The position numbers and the translations under genes are program-made. Positions 33,617-43,785 of a stretch of 64,000 nucleotides of DNA are shown piece after piece. This DNA is from Alphaproteobacteria bacterium (lineage in GTDB: Bacteria; Pseudomonadota; Alphaproteobacteria; GCA-2731375): assembly GCA_965225945.1 (NCBI GenBank), contig CBDDBZ010000036.1, positions 224,001 through 288,000 of the forward strand, written 5' to 3'. The notes beneath the pieces are model-generated. The model had not been told where the DNA came from, searched no databases, and saw nothing but the letters and a program-made list of their open reading frames with translations. Numbering within the stretch: the first letter of the stretch is position 1; the number at the start of each line of letters is the position of its first letter.

Positions 33617-34833
33617 ACACGACTCGTTCATGCTGGCTTTGGCCTGGGCACCTGGACTGGTGGTTTTCCGGGGACGAGGAAACGAATCAGCTCAATGGCT
33701 TGACGCCTGTCGATAGGATTGACGAGCTGTCGCCTTATCCACTCGAAACCGTATCGGAAGATGGATTTTGCCATCCTTTTGTGGGTTTTGAGGCGGATCG
33801 GCTCGGCCTCGTGGAGCCAATCGCCGACTTTGTGCGCCCAGCAGAAGGTGATGGAAAGGACGGCGGTGAGCTTGGAGATGCGCTCCGGGTCGGTCATGTG
33901 GGTGTCTTCGAGGTTGAAGCCACGGGTTTTCAAGGCGGCGAAGAGGGTCTCGATTTGCCAGCGCTGGGCGTAGATGGCCAAGGCCTCCTCGGGCGCGTCG
34001 TTGGTCACGACGATCAACAGTTCGCCGGTCTTGAGATGGAGCGCGGCGACGAAGACGGGCCTGGCCTTGGGTTTTCTGGCCTCCGAGAGGCGCCTGGCGT
34101 TGGAGAGGATGCGGCTTTCCCCGGGTTTGAGGTCGCGAAACAGCTCCCTCGCCTTGACCATGCGACCACGCGTGTTGGCGATCTTGATGTTGGATCGGAT
34201 GCGGATGTGAAAGGGGATGGCCTTTTCCTGCAACCATGCCAGCCAGGCGTCGCCGATGAATTCCCGGTCGGCCAGGAGGCTGGCGATCTTGTCGACCCCG
34301 AAGAGCCGGAGGACGTGTTCGAGGATCGCGATCCGCTCCTTGGTATTGGAATTGCCCGCCTTGTCGAGCACCCGCCAGCACACGGGAATGGCGATGGCGC
34401 GGTTGACGATGCCGATCATCAAGATGTTGACGTCGCGGCGACCCAGCCGCCAGTTGGTCCGGTCCATGGTCAGCCGCCACGGCCCCGCCTGGAGCCCCAT
34501 CATCGCGACCAGGAACTCGGCGAGGCGATCGTAATCGAAATCGACTTGCTCGAAAAACCGTTGCAGGCGCCGATAGTTGGAGCTGGATCGCGCGCGCCCC
34601 GGAAAGTGGCAGGCCAAGTGAGAGAGGTTCACCGTCCGGGCGACGAACACGCCGAAGACCAAGACGCAAAGGCTCTCCAGACGGCTCTTGCGAAAGGCGA
34701 AGCCGCATCGTAGCGTCTCACGCAGGGCGTTGATCGGGTTATCTCGCATGATTTCCCTCTTGACTCGTCGTGGAGTGAATCGGGAATCCTACAACCTTTT
34801 CAACGTCCTACGTAAATGCCGTCGTGTACCATG
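33611..34833 (-). mobile_element. IS4-family element, copy 2 (transposase 33628-34749)
   Basis: Protein identical to copy 1, inverted orientation; 9-bp TSD CGCCGAGAC at 33602-33610 and 34834-34842. Confidence 0.93.
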
Positions 34834-35114
34834 CGCCGAGACATAAACATCACGCATTGGGGGCTACCCCGACTGGTGAACCACGACACAAGCAGCAGCT
34901 ACAGCGTCTCGGGTCGACCAGGCACGGCCCCGCGCGCCCGAGATCAAATTTGTTGGCCGGTCGAGCCTTGCGATGTCGACCTGATCGCGACGCAAACGAC
35001 CGCGCCCAGAGGTTTTCGACCGGCATTCAGCAGACCTCAATTTGAGGAGGATCGTCTCAAAATCAATACTTGCCGCAGGGGAATTGCTTGAAATCCTAAA
35101 AGCGATTCCCCTCG

Positions 35115-35168
35115 CCGGTTCAATCCGTTTGGAAAAAATTGCTCTATTCCTTCGAGTTGGTCGAGCAG
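35115..35168. repeat. Degenerate inverted copy of the 7835-7974 element
   Basis: CCGGTTCAATCCGTT..AAATTGCTCTATT..CTTC..GAGCAG matches the reverse complement of the element core. Confidence 0.7.
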
Positions 35169-35285
35169 ATTCAACCGTAGATTATATTTTCTAAAACTGT
35201 TTCAATTGGACGGATGGCACTCTAGCGGGATTCCGCCGGCCTCGAAGGCGGAGAGTGCCGCACCGGGGACTTTCGAGTCCGACTC

Positions 35286-35468
35286 TCACAGGCTCAAATC
35301 GACCCGGCGGCCGACGGGCCGTCGATCCGAGTCTTTGTCCTCGCCCCGCTTTTTCCCCTCGCCATCCTCCGCGCGCGGGCGGGTCGCCTCCACCTCGCGG
35401 ACGACGCGGCGGCGGGTCTTCGGCTGAAAGCGGAGCCGATCGCTGATACGCGTGATGCCGTCGAACAT
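35286..35468 (-). CDS. Small basic hypothetical protein (60 aa)
   Basis: GAAGGA RBS; C-terminal GRRVDLSL. Confidence 0.55.
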   Translation of the reverse strand: MFDGITRISDRLRFQPKTRRRVVREVEATRPRAEDGEGKKRGEDKDSDRRPVGRRVDLSL

Positions 35469-35566
35469 GGGACCGTCCTTCCCTCGTGGATGGGCCCTCG
35501 TGGTTTAGAAGGTACGCGCCTCGGCGGTTCGCCGAAATCGACTTGTCATAATACTGGCGCACGGCG

Positions 35567-35583
35567 GTTAACGAATCGTCAAC
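35567..35583. promoter_or_regulatory. CtrA-box-like site
   Basis: GTTAA-CGAATCG-TCAAC, one mismatch to TTAA-N7-TTAAC; upstream of the small ORF and pilin. Confidence 0.4.
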
Positions 35584-35836
35584 GACAAGTCGGGCGCGCC
35601 GAAGCGCCTATTCGGCGGCGGGCGCACCACGGCGCGCGGCATCCGCCCAATGTCACCAGGCATTCCTCCCTGCGGTCGTGGATGTCGAGAAAGGGCGGGG
35701 CATGGCAAAGCCGGCCGGCGCGCCCTTGCCGGATGGGCCCCGGGGGCGCCAACATGGAGCCCCGCCGGGGCTTCGCCCGGCATGAGCAAAAAAATGGCCG
35801 GCCGTCGGCCCGGCATCGCCCGAGATCGAGATCACG

Positions 35837-36886
35837 ATGCACTTCGGCATGTTCATGGAGTTCGGGTTTCGCGGCGCCGGCGGGGCGAGCGAGGCGTTTC
35901 GCGAGGGCTTCGATCTCGTCGACGCGGCGGAGGCCTGGGGCCTCGACTGCGCCTGGCTCTCCGAATTCCACTTCATGCCCGAGCGCTCGGTGCTGTCCTC
36001 GCCGATCCTGACGGCGACGGCGATGGCCGCGCGCACCAAGCGCATCCGCGTCGGCATCGCCGTCTATGTGCTGCCGCTCGCCGGCAGTCCGCTCCGCGTG
36101 GCGGAGGAGGTGGCGACGCTCGATCGGATCAGCGAGGGCCGGCTCGACTTCGGCGTCGGCCGCAGCGGCTTCCTCGGCTCCTACCGGAGCTACGGGATCG
36201 ACTACCAGGAGAGCGAGGGACGCTTCGACGAGGCCTTGGAGATCTTGCGCCTCGCCTGGCGGGGTGGGCGCTTCAGCTACCTTGGCCGCTATTACCAGGT
36301 CGAGGAGGCCGAGGTGGTGCCGACGCCGGTGCAGCGGCCGCATCCGCCGCTGCGGATGGCCGCGACCTCGGCGGGCACGTTCGAGAAGGTGGCGCGCCAG
36401 GGCCTTCCCGTCTTCGTCGGCTTGCGCGGCGACGACCTGACGGTGCTCGCCCGGAGCCTGGACCGCTACCGCGCGGCCTGGCGCGAGGCGGGGCATCCGG
36501 GCGAGGGCAGCATCTACCTCAGGGTGCCGGCCTATGTCGGCGCGGACGAGCGCGCGGCCCACGACGAGCCCAAGGCCTGCATCCTGCATTATTTCGAGCG
36601 CCAGGCGCGCTTGCTGCTGGAGCAGGGGGCCAAGGGCGGCGCCGGCGCCGGCGGGCGGGAGAAGGTGGCGAGAGCACTCGCCGCGCTCGGCTACGACGAG
36701 ATCCGGGCGAGCCGGGTCACCTTCGGCTCCCCGGCCCAGGTGATCGACCGCGTGTCCGAATGGCGCGAGGTGCTGGGCATCGACGGCGTGGTTCTGGAGA
36801 TGAACGCCGGCGGCCTGCTGAGCGAGGCGCAGGTAAAGCAGAGTCTCCGCCGGCTCACCCACGAGGTGATGCCGGCCTTCAAGTAG
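35837..36886 (+). CDS. Luciferase-like (LLM) flavin-dependent oxidoreductase
   Basis: WLSEFHF, RVAEEVATLDRISEGRLDFGVGR, PTPVQRPHPP. Confidence 0.9.
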   Translation: MHFGMFMEFGFRGAGGASEAFREGFDLVDAAEAWGLDCAWLSEFHFMPERSVLSSPILTATAMAARTKRIRVGIAVYVLPLAGSPLRVAEEVATLDRISEGRLDFGVGRSGFLGSYRSYGIDYQESEGRFDEALEILRLAWRGGRFSYLGRYYQVEEAEVVPTPVQRPHPPLRMAATSAGTFEKVARQGLPVFVGLRGDDLTVLARSLDRYRAAWREAGHPGEGSIYLRVPAYVGADERAAHDEPKACILHYFERQARLLLEQGAKGGAGAGGREKVARALAALGYDEIRASRVTFGSPAQVIDRVSEWREVLGIDGVVLEMNAGGLLSEAQVKQSLRRLTHEVMPAFK

Positions 36887-36988
36887 CCTATCGCGGCGCT
36901 AATTGGCCTTCCGCGACCGCCGGGGCTACACTCGGACCCGGCACATGGGACGCGCCGTATCGCCGCGGCGCCACGAGGGAGAGCAGTC

Positions 36989-37438
36989 ATGGCGGTCAAT
37001 GGTATTGATCATTACAACATTGCCTGCGCCGATCTGGATGTATCGCGCAAATTCTACGACAAGGTTCTCGACATGAAGGAGGGCTCCCGCCCGCCCTTCG
37101 ATACGCCGGGCGCCTGGCTCTATGCCGGCGGTCATCCCATTCTGCACCTCTCGCCCCGCAAGATGCGACCGACCAAGACCACGGGCCGCTTCGATCACAT
37201 TGCCTTGTTCGCGGAGGACCTGCCGGGCGTGCTGCGAAAAATGAAACGACTGAAGATCGAGCATGCGGTTCGTGTCATTCCCGAAATGAAAGGCAATGCG
37301 GCCTCGGGCGGGCGGCAGGTCTTTCTCTGGGATCCCGACGGGGTGAAGATCGAGCTGAACTTCGCCGCGCACGAGCGTCTGCCGCGCGGCACCAAGCTCG
37401 CCGACCGCGTGCCTCAAGGCGTTTCCGACCTCGGATAG
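36989..37438 (+). CDS. VOC/glyoxalase family protein
   Basis: IDHYNI, FDHIA, QVFLWDPDGVKIELN. Confidence 0.88.
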   Translation: MAVNGIDHYNIACADLDVSRKFYDKVLDMKEGSRPPFDTPGAWLYAGGHPILHLSPRKMRPTKTTGRFDHIALFAEDLPGVLRKMKRLKIEHAVRVIPEMKGNAASGGRQVFLWDPDGVKIELNFAAHERLPRGTKLADRVPQGVSDLG

Positions 37439-37466
37439 CGTTCCACCGGCGTCGCGAGGCCTCGTG

Positions 37467-38978
37467 ATGGCGAGGCATGTCCTGCGCGTGCACCCGGCGG
37501 GCGAGACCACGCCGAGGACCGATCAGCTCGCCTGGAAGCTGGCGGAAATCGCCGCCGACGACGCGCGCGTGGACGAGGCGGCGGCGGCGATGGCGATCAA
37601 CCGGATCGTCGACAACGCCGGCGTCGCCGTGGCCGCGCTGGCCCGCCGCCCGGTGGCCAACGCGCGGGCGCAGGCCCTCGCCCATCCCCACCCCCACGGC
37701 GCCACGGTCCTGGGTCTGCCGGCGGGCGAGCGGGTCGCTTGTGAGTGGGCCGCCTGGGCCAACGCCACGGCGGTGCGCGAGCTCGATTTTCACGACACCT
37801 TCCTCGCCGCCGACATGAACCACCCCGGCGACATGATCCCGGCGCTGATCGCCGTGGCGCAGCAGCGCGGTCTCGCCGGCGCGGACCTGGTCGGCGCGAT
37901 CCTGACCGCCTACGAGGTCGACGTTTCGCTGACCAAGGCGATCTGTCTCAACAAGCATCGGATCGACCACATCACTCACCTGGCGGCCGGCACGGTCGCC
38001 GGCCTGGGCGATCTGCTGCGCCTGCCGGTTGGCGTCACCTATCAGGCGATCAACCACGCGGTCCACGTCTCGATCACCACGCGGCAGTCGCGCTAGGGCG
38101 AGATCTCCACTTGGAAGGCCTATGCGCCGGCCCACGTCGCCAAGCTGGCGATCGAGGCGGTCGATCGCGCCATGCGGGGCGAGAGCGGACCGGCGCCGAT
38201 CTACGAAGGCGACGACAGCATCGTCGCCTGGCTGCTGGCGGGGCCGGAGGCGGCTTACGAGATCGACTTGGCGGAGCCCGGGGCGCCGCGCCGCGCGATC
38301 CTGGAGACCTATACCAAGGCGCATTCGGCCGAGTATATGGCCCAGGCGCTGATCGATCTCGCCTGCCGCCTGCGCGGGCGGATCGAGGATGTGGGCGAAA
38401 TCGGCGAGGTGGTGATCCACACCAGCGATCACACCCACCGGATCATCGGCAACGGCGCCAACGATCCGCAGAAATACGATTCCAAGGCGAGCCGCGAGAC
38501 CCTGGACCACAGCGCGATGTACATCTTCGCCGTGGCGCTGGAGGACGGCGCCTGGCACCACGAGCGGAGCTACCTGCCGGCACGCGCGGCCCGCGCATTG
38601 CCGCTGTGGCGTCGGGTCCGGACCGTGGAGGACGAGGGCTGGACCCGGCGCTATCACGAGACCGACCCCGCCAAACGCGCCTTCGGCGCCCGCGCCGTGA
38701 TCACGCTTGGCGACGGCACGAGGATCGAGGACGAGATCGCGGTCGCCGACGCCCACCCGAACGGCGCCCACCCCTTCGGCCGGGACGATTACCTCGCCAA
38801 GTTCTGCGCGCTGGCCGAGCCCATCGTCGCGGTGGGCGAGGCCGAGCGGTTTCTCGAGTCGGTCGTGGGTTTGCGGGACATTCCGGGCGGCGGGCTCGGC
38901 GCGCTGGCGCTGGAGGTCGCGGCCGAGATCCGTGACCCAATGCCACCCCGACCGGGGCTCTTCGAGATCAGCGGCTGA
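37467..38978 (+). pseudogene. prpD: 2-methylcitrate dehydratase (MmgE/PrpD) with in-frame amber stop at 38094-38096
   Basis: [47 protein letters not shown]; both halves in one frame. Confidence 0.88.
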
Positions 38979-39047
38979 GCGTCACCGTCTCCCCCATCGC
39001 GGCGCGAACGTGGTGAAGCGGGGCGGCACCCGGCGGGAAGGTGGGGC

Positions 39048-39115
39048 ATGTCGGGAGTCGGGGGTGAACGCTCCGCCGTGCCGAGGTAGCCGACACAGGC
39101 AGTCCTGGCCAAGAA
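39048..39115. repeat. 68-bp intergenic repeat, copy 1
   Basis: 62/68 identical to 43702-43769; 14 bp from the cyclase stop codon. Confidence 0.9.
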
Positions 39116-39129
39116 CGGAAGTCACCGCG

Positions 39130-40893
39130 TCACTCCGGCAGGCCGGCTTTGCGGAGACCGTCGAGGATGTGATCGTTGTCCACATCGTTCCGAAATTCCC
39201 GCCACTGCGTCCACCTACTCACGAAATCGGGATTCACGCGATTACATTCATCCAGCGCTTCACTCGCCTCCCTCGACTTGCCCAGGTGGCCAAGGCTCGA
39301 GGCCAGAAAGAGGTGTGCCCGGGCATGATTCGGGTCTCGATTTATGGCCCTACGCGCCCATTCCTCCGCCGATTGATAATCCCTGCTGTTGAGATACGCA
39401 CGCGCAACGATCGCCATCATGAAGTGGCTATGAACGTCGCGCGGGTTCAATCGGAGTTGTTGCTTTAGGTAGGGAATTCCGTCTTGCGGCCTACCTGCAA
39501 GGTTGAGGACATTGCCGAGCACGCCGATCGCCCAGGCATCGTTAGGATTGAGTTCGATGGCTCTTTCCGCCTCGGCAGTCGCGAGGTCGTGCTGGCCCGC
39601 CCAACGGTATGCAAACGACATCATCACGTGGGCATAAGAGTCCGTGTCGTCTAGTGCCACGCCTTGTCGGGCATGCTTCATGAGCTGGTCAATCAAGTTT
39701 TTGCGCGAGTCCGAGTAGGCGTAAAGGATGTCGAAATGATAGCTATATGCCAGTCCCGTATGCGTTTGGCTGTAGGTCGGGTCAAGCTCGATGGCGCGAC
39801 GGAACACATCTCGCGCCTCCTCCATATCTTCTTTCGTGAACTTGTAAAGCAGATACATGCCACGCTGGCAGTAGTCCCAGGCGTCAAGGCTCGTGGGATG
39901 CTTAGCGGCTAAACGCTTTTGCTCGAACCGGCCAAGCTCTGGTTCGACGGTTGCGGCGACCCGCTGCGTGATTTCATCCTGAAGCGCTAAAATGTCATCG
40001 AGCTCCCGGTCGAACCTCTCCGCCCAAACGTGGTGCCCCGTCTCTGCATCAATCAGCTGGACCGTCACCCGAATACGATTCCCCGCCTTTCGCACGCTGC
40101 CCTCGATGACGAAGCGTGCGCCCAATTCCTCACCAACTTTCCGGATGTCTGGTGACTGGCCTTTATAGGAGAAAGTCGAGTTGCGCGCGATCACGGGGAA
40201 AGATCGCCAAAGCGAAAGCGCCGTGATTATGTCCTCGGTTAAACCATCGGTGAAGTATTCTTGGTCTGGATCGCCGCTGAGGTTCTTTAATGGGAGAACC
40301 GCTACAGCGGGCCTTCGGAATATGGCATCGGGTTCCGCAGACGCATCCGATTTTCTCCGAACCCCGTCCAAACTCGCGCGAAAAACGTGCACGGGATCAG
40401 CAATGTTTTTGACCGATTGCTCGCCCAAATCGACGAAAACCACGTCCAGCTTGTTGCGAACGCTCTCGTGCACTGCCCCCGAGATGCAGATGCCGCCCGG
40501 CTCGGCCACGCCTTCCAGACGCGCCGCGACGTTGACGCCGTCGCCATGGATGTCGTCGCCCTCGATGATCACGTCGCCGAGATTGACGCCGATGTGAAAC
40601 TCCATGCGCCGGTCGTTTGGCTCATCAACGTTGCGTTCCGCCATGCCCTTCTGGATTTCGACGGCGCATTGGACGGCATCGGCGACGCTTGCGAATTCGA
40701 CCAGCAGGCCATCGCCCGTGGTCTTGACGATGCGGCCTCGGCCGCTCGCGATGGCAGGTTCGATCAGTTCGTCGAGATGGGCGTTGAACCGCGCGCGCGT
40801 GCCCACCTCATCCTCGCCCATGAGCCGGGAATACTCAGCCACATCGGCGGCCAAGATTGCTGCAAGTTTTCGTTCTACGCGCTCCTCGGCCAT
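39130..40893 (-). CDS. Class III adenylate/guanylate cyclase + TolB-like + TPR protein
   Basis: AADVAEYS, KTTGDG, GDDIHGDGVNVAARLE, AVLPLKNLSGDPDQEYF, TPR helices. Confidence 0.9.
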   Translation of the reverse strand: MAEERVERKLAAILAADVAEYSRLMGEDEVGTRARFNAHLDELIEPAIASGRGRIVKTTGDGLLVEFASVADAVQCAVEIQKGMAERNVDEPNDRRMEFHIGVNLGDVIIEGDDIHGDGVNVAARLEGVAEPGGICISGAVHESVRNKLDVVFVDLGEQSVKNIADPVHVFRASLDGVRRKSDASAEPDAIFRRPAVAVLPLKNLSGDPDQEYFTDGLTEDIITALSLWRSFPVIARNSTFSYKGQSPDIRKVGEELGARFVIEGSVRKAGNRIRVTVQLIDAETGHHVWAERFDRELDDILALQDEITQRVAATVEPELGRFEQKRLAAKHPTSLDAWDYCQRGMYLLYKFTKEDMEEARDVFRRAIELDPTYSQTHTGLAYSYHFDILYAYSDSRKNLIDQLMKHARQGVALDDTDSYAHVMMSFAYRWAGQHDLATAEAERAIELNPNDAWAIGVLGNVLNLAGRPQDGIPYLKQQLRLNPRDVHSHFMMAIVARAYLNSRDYQSAEEWARRAINRDPNHARAHLFLASSLGHLGKSREASEALDECNRVNPDFVSRWTQWREFRNDVDNDHILDGLRKAGLPE

Positions 40894-41109
40894 CTCGCCC
40901 GTTCCCTCCCAGACGCGCTTCGAGGCAAGAGATTACGTTCGCCGAGTGTGCGAGTCTATTGGGGCCGAATGTCGCCTGAGAGTCAACGAACGAAACCGCT
41001 TTCAGCGGTAGTTCGTGGTGCCGGGCGGTGAGGTCGGTGGCGTAACGGATGGGTCGATCCTGTGTTGAGGTTTGGAGTTCCGAAGCTCACGCAACACGGG
41101 AGCAGACCC

Positions 41110-42015
41110 ATGACCGATAGTGACAAGACCATCAGCCCGCTGCGCCAGCGCATGATCGACGACATGGTGCTTCGCGGCTTCAGTGCCAACACGCAGCGCG
41201 GCTACATCAGTGCGGTGGCCGGCTTTTCCGACTTTCTCGCACGCTCTCCGGATCGGGCGGAGGCGGAGGATCTCAGGCGCTATCAAGTGCATATGCGCAA
41301 AGCAGGCGCATCGGCGACGACGATGAACGCGGCGGTCTCGGCATTGCGGTTCTTCTTCGGCGTCACGCTCGGCCGAGGCGACGCCGAGATCGGCATGACG
41401 ACGGTGGCAATGCCGCGCAAGCTGCCGGTGATCCTGAGCGTCGAGGAAATGGCGCGGCTTCTCGATGCCGCCCCCGGTCCCAAATACAAGGCGGCCTTTT
41501 CGCTGGCCTATGGCGCCGGCCTGCGCGCTTCGGAGGTGGTCCATCTCAAGGTCCCGGACATCGACAGCAACCGCAAGACGCTTCGCATCGAGCAAGGTAA
41601 GGGCCGCCGAGATCGCTACGCCATGCTCTCGGATCGCGCCGTCGAGCAGCTCAGGGTCTGGTGGTTGCTTGGCCGCGCCCGCGGCGTGATGCTGCCCGGC
41701 GGTTGGCTGTTTCCAGGCCAGAACCCGGTCAACCCGTTGACCACCCGCCAGCTCCGTCGCGCCCTCGATGGCGCCAAGGCGGGGGCGGGGATCGAGAAGC
41801 GGATCTCGCTTCACACGCTGCGCCACTGCTTCGCCACCCATCTCCTCGAACAGGGCGTCGACATCCGCGTGATCCAGGTTCTACTGGGGCACAAGAAGCT
41901 GGAGACCACGGCTCACTACACCCAGGTCGCCAGCACCACCTTGCGGCGCGCCAAGAGCCCACTGGACCTGCTCGAGCCGCCGACGCCCAAGACCAAGCGC
42001 AAGCCGCCGAAGTGA
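41110..42015 (+). CDS. Tyrosine recombinase/integrase
   Basis: GLRASE, QGKG, HTLRH, LLGH, HY (R-K-H-R-H-Y); helical N-terminal domain. Confidence 0.93.
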   Translation: MTDSDKTISPLRQRMIDDMVLRGFSANTQRGYISAVAGFSDFLARSPDRAEAEDLRRYQVHMRKAGASATTMNAAVSALRFFFGVTLGRGDAEIGMTTVAMPRKLPVILSVEEMARLLDAAPGPKYKAAFSLAYGAGLRASEVVHLKVPDIDSNRKTLRIEQGKGRRDRYAMLSDRAVEQLRVWWLLGRARGVMLPGGWLFPGQNPVNPLTTRQLRRALDGAKAGAGIEKRISLHTLRHCFATHLLEQGVDIRVIQVLLGHKKLETTAHYTQVASTTLRRAKSPLDLLEPPTPKTKRKPPK

Positions 42016-42028
42016 GCCGGCGGCCTCG

Positions 42029-43260
42029 GTGCCGCGTCCCGCGCTCGAGGTCCAGGACATCTTCCGCGACCACGGGCCCGGCTTCCGTCGGGCCCGGGCC
42101 GGTCGTCTGAGCCTCGGCCAACTGAAGGTCATGTCGGCGATCGAGTGTTGCCGCACCGCCGCGCTCGGCGGTCATGTCGCGGCCTGCGAGGACTGCGGGC
42201 AGAACCACATCGCCTACAATTCCTGTCGCAACCGCCATTGTCCCAAATGCCAAGGCCAGGTCGCGCGCGAATGGCTGGCGGCGCGAGAGGCCGAACTGCT
42301 CTCCGTCCCCTACTACCATCTCGTCTTCACCCTGCCAGCGGCGATCGCCGACATCGCCTATCAGAACAAGTCGGTGATCTACGATATCCTGTTCAAGGCG
42401 AGCGCCGAGACCATGCTCACCATCGCCGCCGATCCCAAGCATCTCGGCGCCAAGATCGGCATCACCGCCGTGCTCCACACCTGGGGCTCGGCCATGACCC
42501 ACCATCCCCACATCCACATGATCGTGCCGGGTGGCGGAATCTCACCTGACGGTAGCAGTTGGATCTCTTGCCGACCCGGCTTCTTCCTGCCCGTCCGCGT
42601 GCTCTCGCGCCTCTTCCGCCGCCTCTTCATCGAGAAGCTCCTCGCCGCCCACGAGGCAGGGCGCCTGAAGTTCTTCACCGACCACACCAGCCTCGCCGAG
42701 CCGGCGGCCTTCCGTGTCTTCCTCGCACCGATGCGCAAACAAGAATGGGTCGTCTACGCCAAGCCGCCCTTCGGCGGACCAGAGGCCGTGCTCGCCTATC
42801 TCTCCCGCTACACCCACCGTGTCGCCATCTCGAACAGCCGCCTGGTCAGCTGCGACAGCCAAGGCGTCATCTTCAAGTACAAGGACTACCGGCGCAAAGG
42901 ACGCGAGCGCTACAAGACCTTGCCCCTGGCCGTGCCCGAGTTCATCCGCCGCTTCCTCCTCCATGTCCTGCCCTCGGGCTTTCACCGCATCCGCCATTAC
43001 GGCCTCTTCGCCATTACGGCCTCTTCGCCAACGGCGGTCGCACCCGCAACATCTCCCTTGCCCGCGAACTGCTTGCCATGCCGGCACCGGAGAGTGAGGC
43101 CGACGATGCCGCGAGTGACGATGATACCGAACCGCCGTCCCTCTCAGAGCCCTGCCCGCAGTGCGGCGGCCGTATGATCGTCATCGAGCGCTTCGAGGCC
43201 GGCGCCCAACCACGCGCCCCGCCCCGTGCACGGCCCCTGGCCAGGGCCACGGCAGCATGA
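42029..43260 (+). pseudogene. IS91-family Y2 HUH transposase, C-terminus frameshifted by a 17-bp duplication
   Basis: CEDC..YNSCRNRHCPKC, HPHIH (HUH), YLSRY, RIRHYG; CGCCATTACGGCCTCTT duplicated at 42992-43025; CPQCGG tail in another frame. Confidence 0.88.
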
Positions 43261-43701
43261 CCGACACCGCTTCGAATAACGCTATTGCCGCCGCTCACCC
43301 GCGGCCACGATCCCGCTCGCCGCAACACCATCGAGCGCGCAGGGAACCACCTGCGAGACCCGCCGGCATCGACCCGAAGTCGCCATCAAACCACCCTGCC
43401 GGTGTCGTCGCCAATCAGATCCGAGCCATCCAGCAGCGCCGGCCACCCGAGAAAGCTGGCCCGCCGCTCGCAAATCCCCATAGATCGAGCGTGCCGCACC
43501 GCCGAGCCTAGTCCTGCCCGCGGTTTCCTCCCTTGAGCGTTGTCCGACACCTGCCGATCCAGTCCGCCGGATGCAACCCCTGCGCCTCGGCAGGTGTCCG
43601 ACAACGCTTAACACCTCCGGCCTGTTAGCGATTTCTGATATTACGGGAAGTCTCGGGGCACTCTTGGCGTCGATTCGGCGAAACCCGACATTCGGCCACC
43701 A

Positions 43702-43769
43702 ATGTCGGGAGTCGGAACTGAACGCTCCGCCGCGCCGAGGTAGCCGACACAGGCTGTCCTGGCCGAGAA
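43702..43769. repeat. 68-bp intergenic repeat, copy 2
   Basis: 62/68 identical to 39048-39115; 16 bp from the cyclase stop; its start forms the hairpin CCCGACATT-N8-AATGTCGGG. Confidence 0.9.
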
Positions 43770-43785
43770 GCAATATTCAGATTGG

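Larger units (their letters stand above)
33382..34857 (-). pseudogene. flp: Flp/Fap type IVb pilin interrupted in its leader by IS4 (mature part 33382-33591 intact)
   Basis: DDSG|ATAVEYGLI motif; removing the IS, one TSD and the 22-bp duplication restores MRDVYVSACNFGKRF from ATG 34857. Confidence 0.8.
40983..43612 (+). mobile_element. Tyrosine recombinase + IS91-like (Y2 HUH) two-gene mobile module
   Basis: Two coupled ORFs; hairpins at 40986-41016 and 43536-43608; no TIR/TSD; exact ends inferred. Confidence 0.75.

Noticed and set aside
38094-38096. Pyrrolysine recoding in prpD
   Set aside because: No pyl genes or tRNA in the window; one substitution explains it.
39048-43769. 68-bp repeats as a CRISPR array or canonical attC sites
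   Set aside because: Only two copies 4.6 kb apart, no cas genes, and no clear RYYYAAC..GTTRRRY arms within the repeat.
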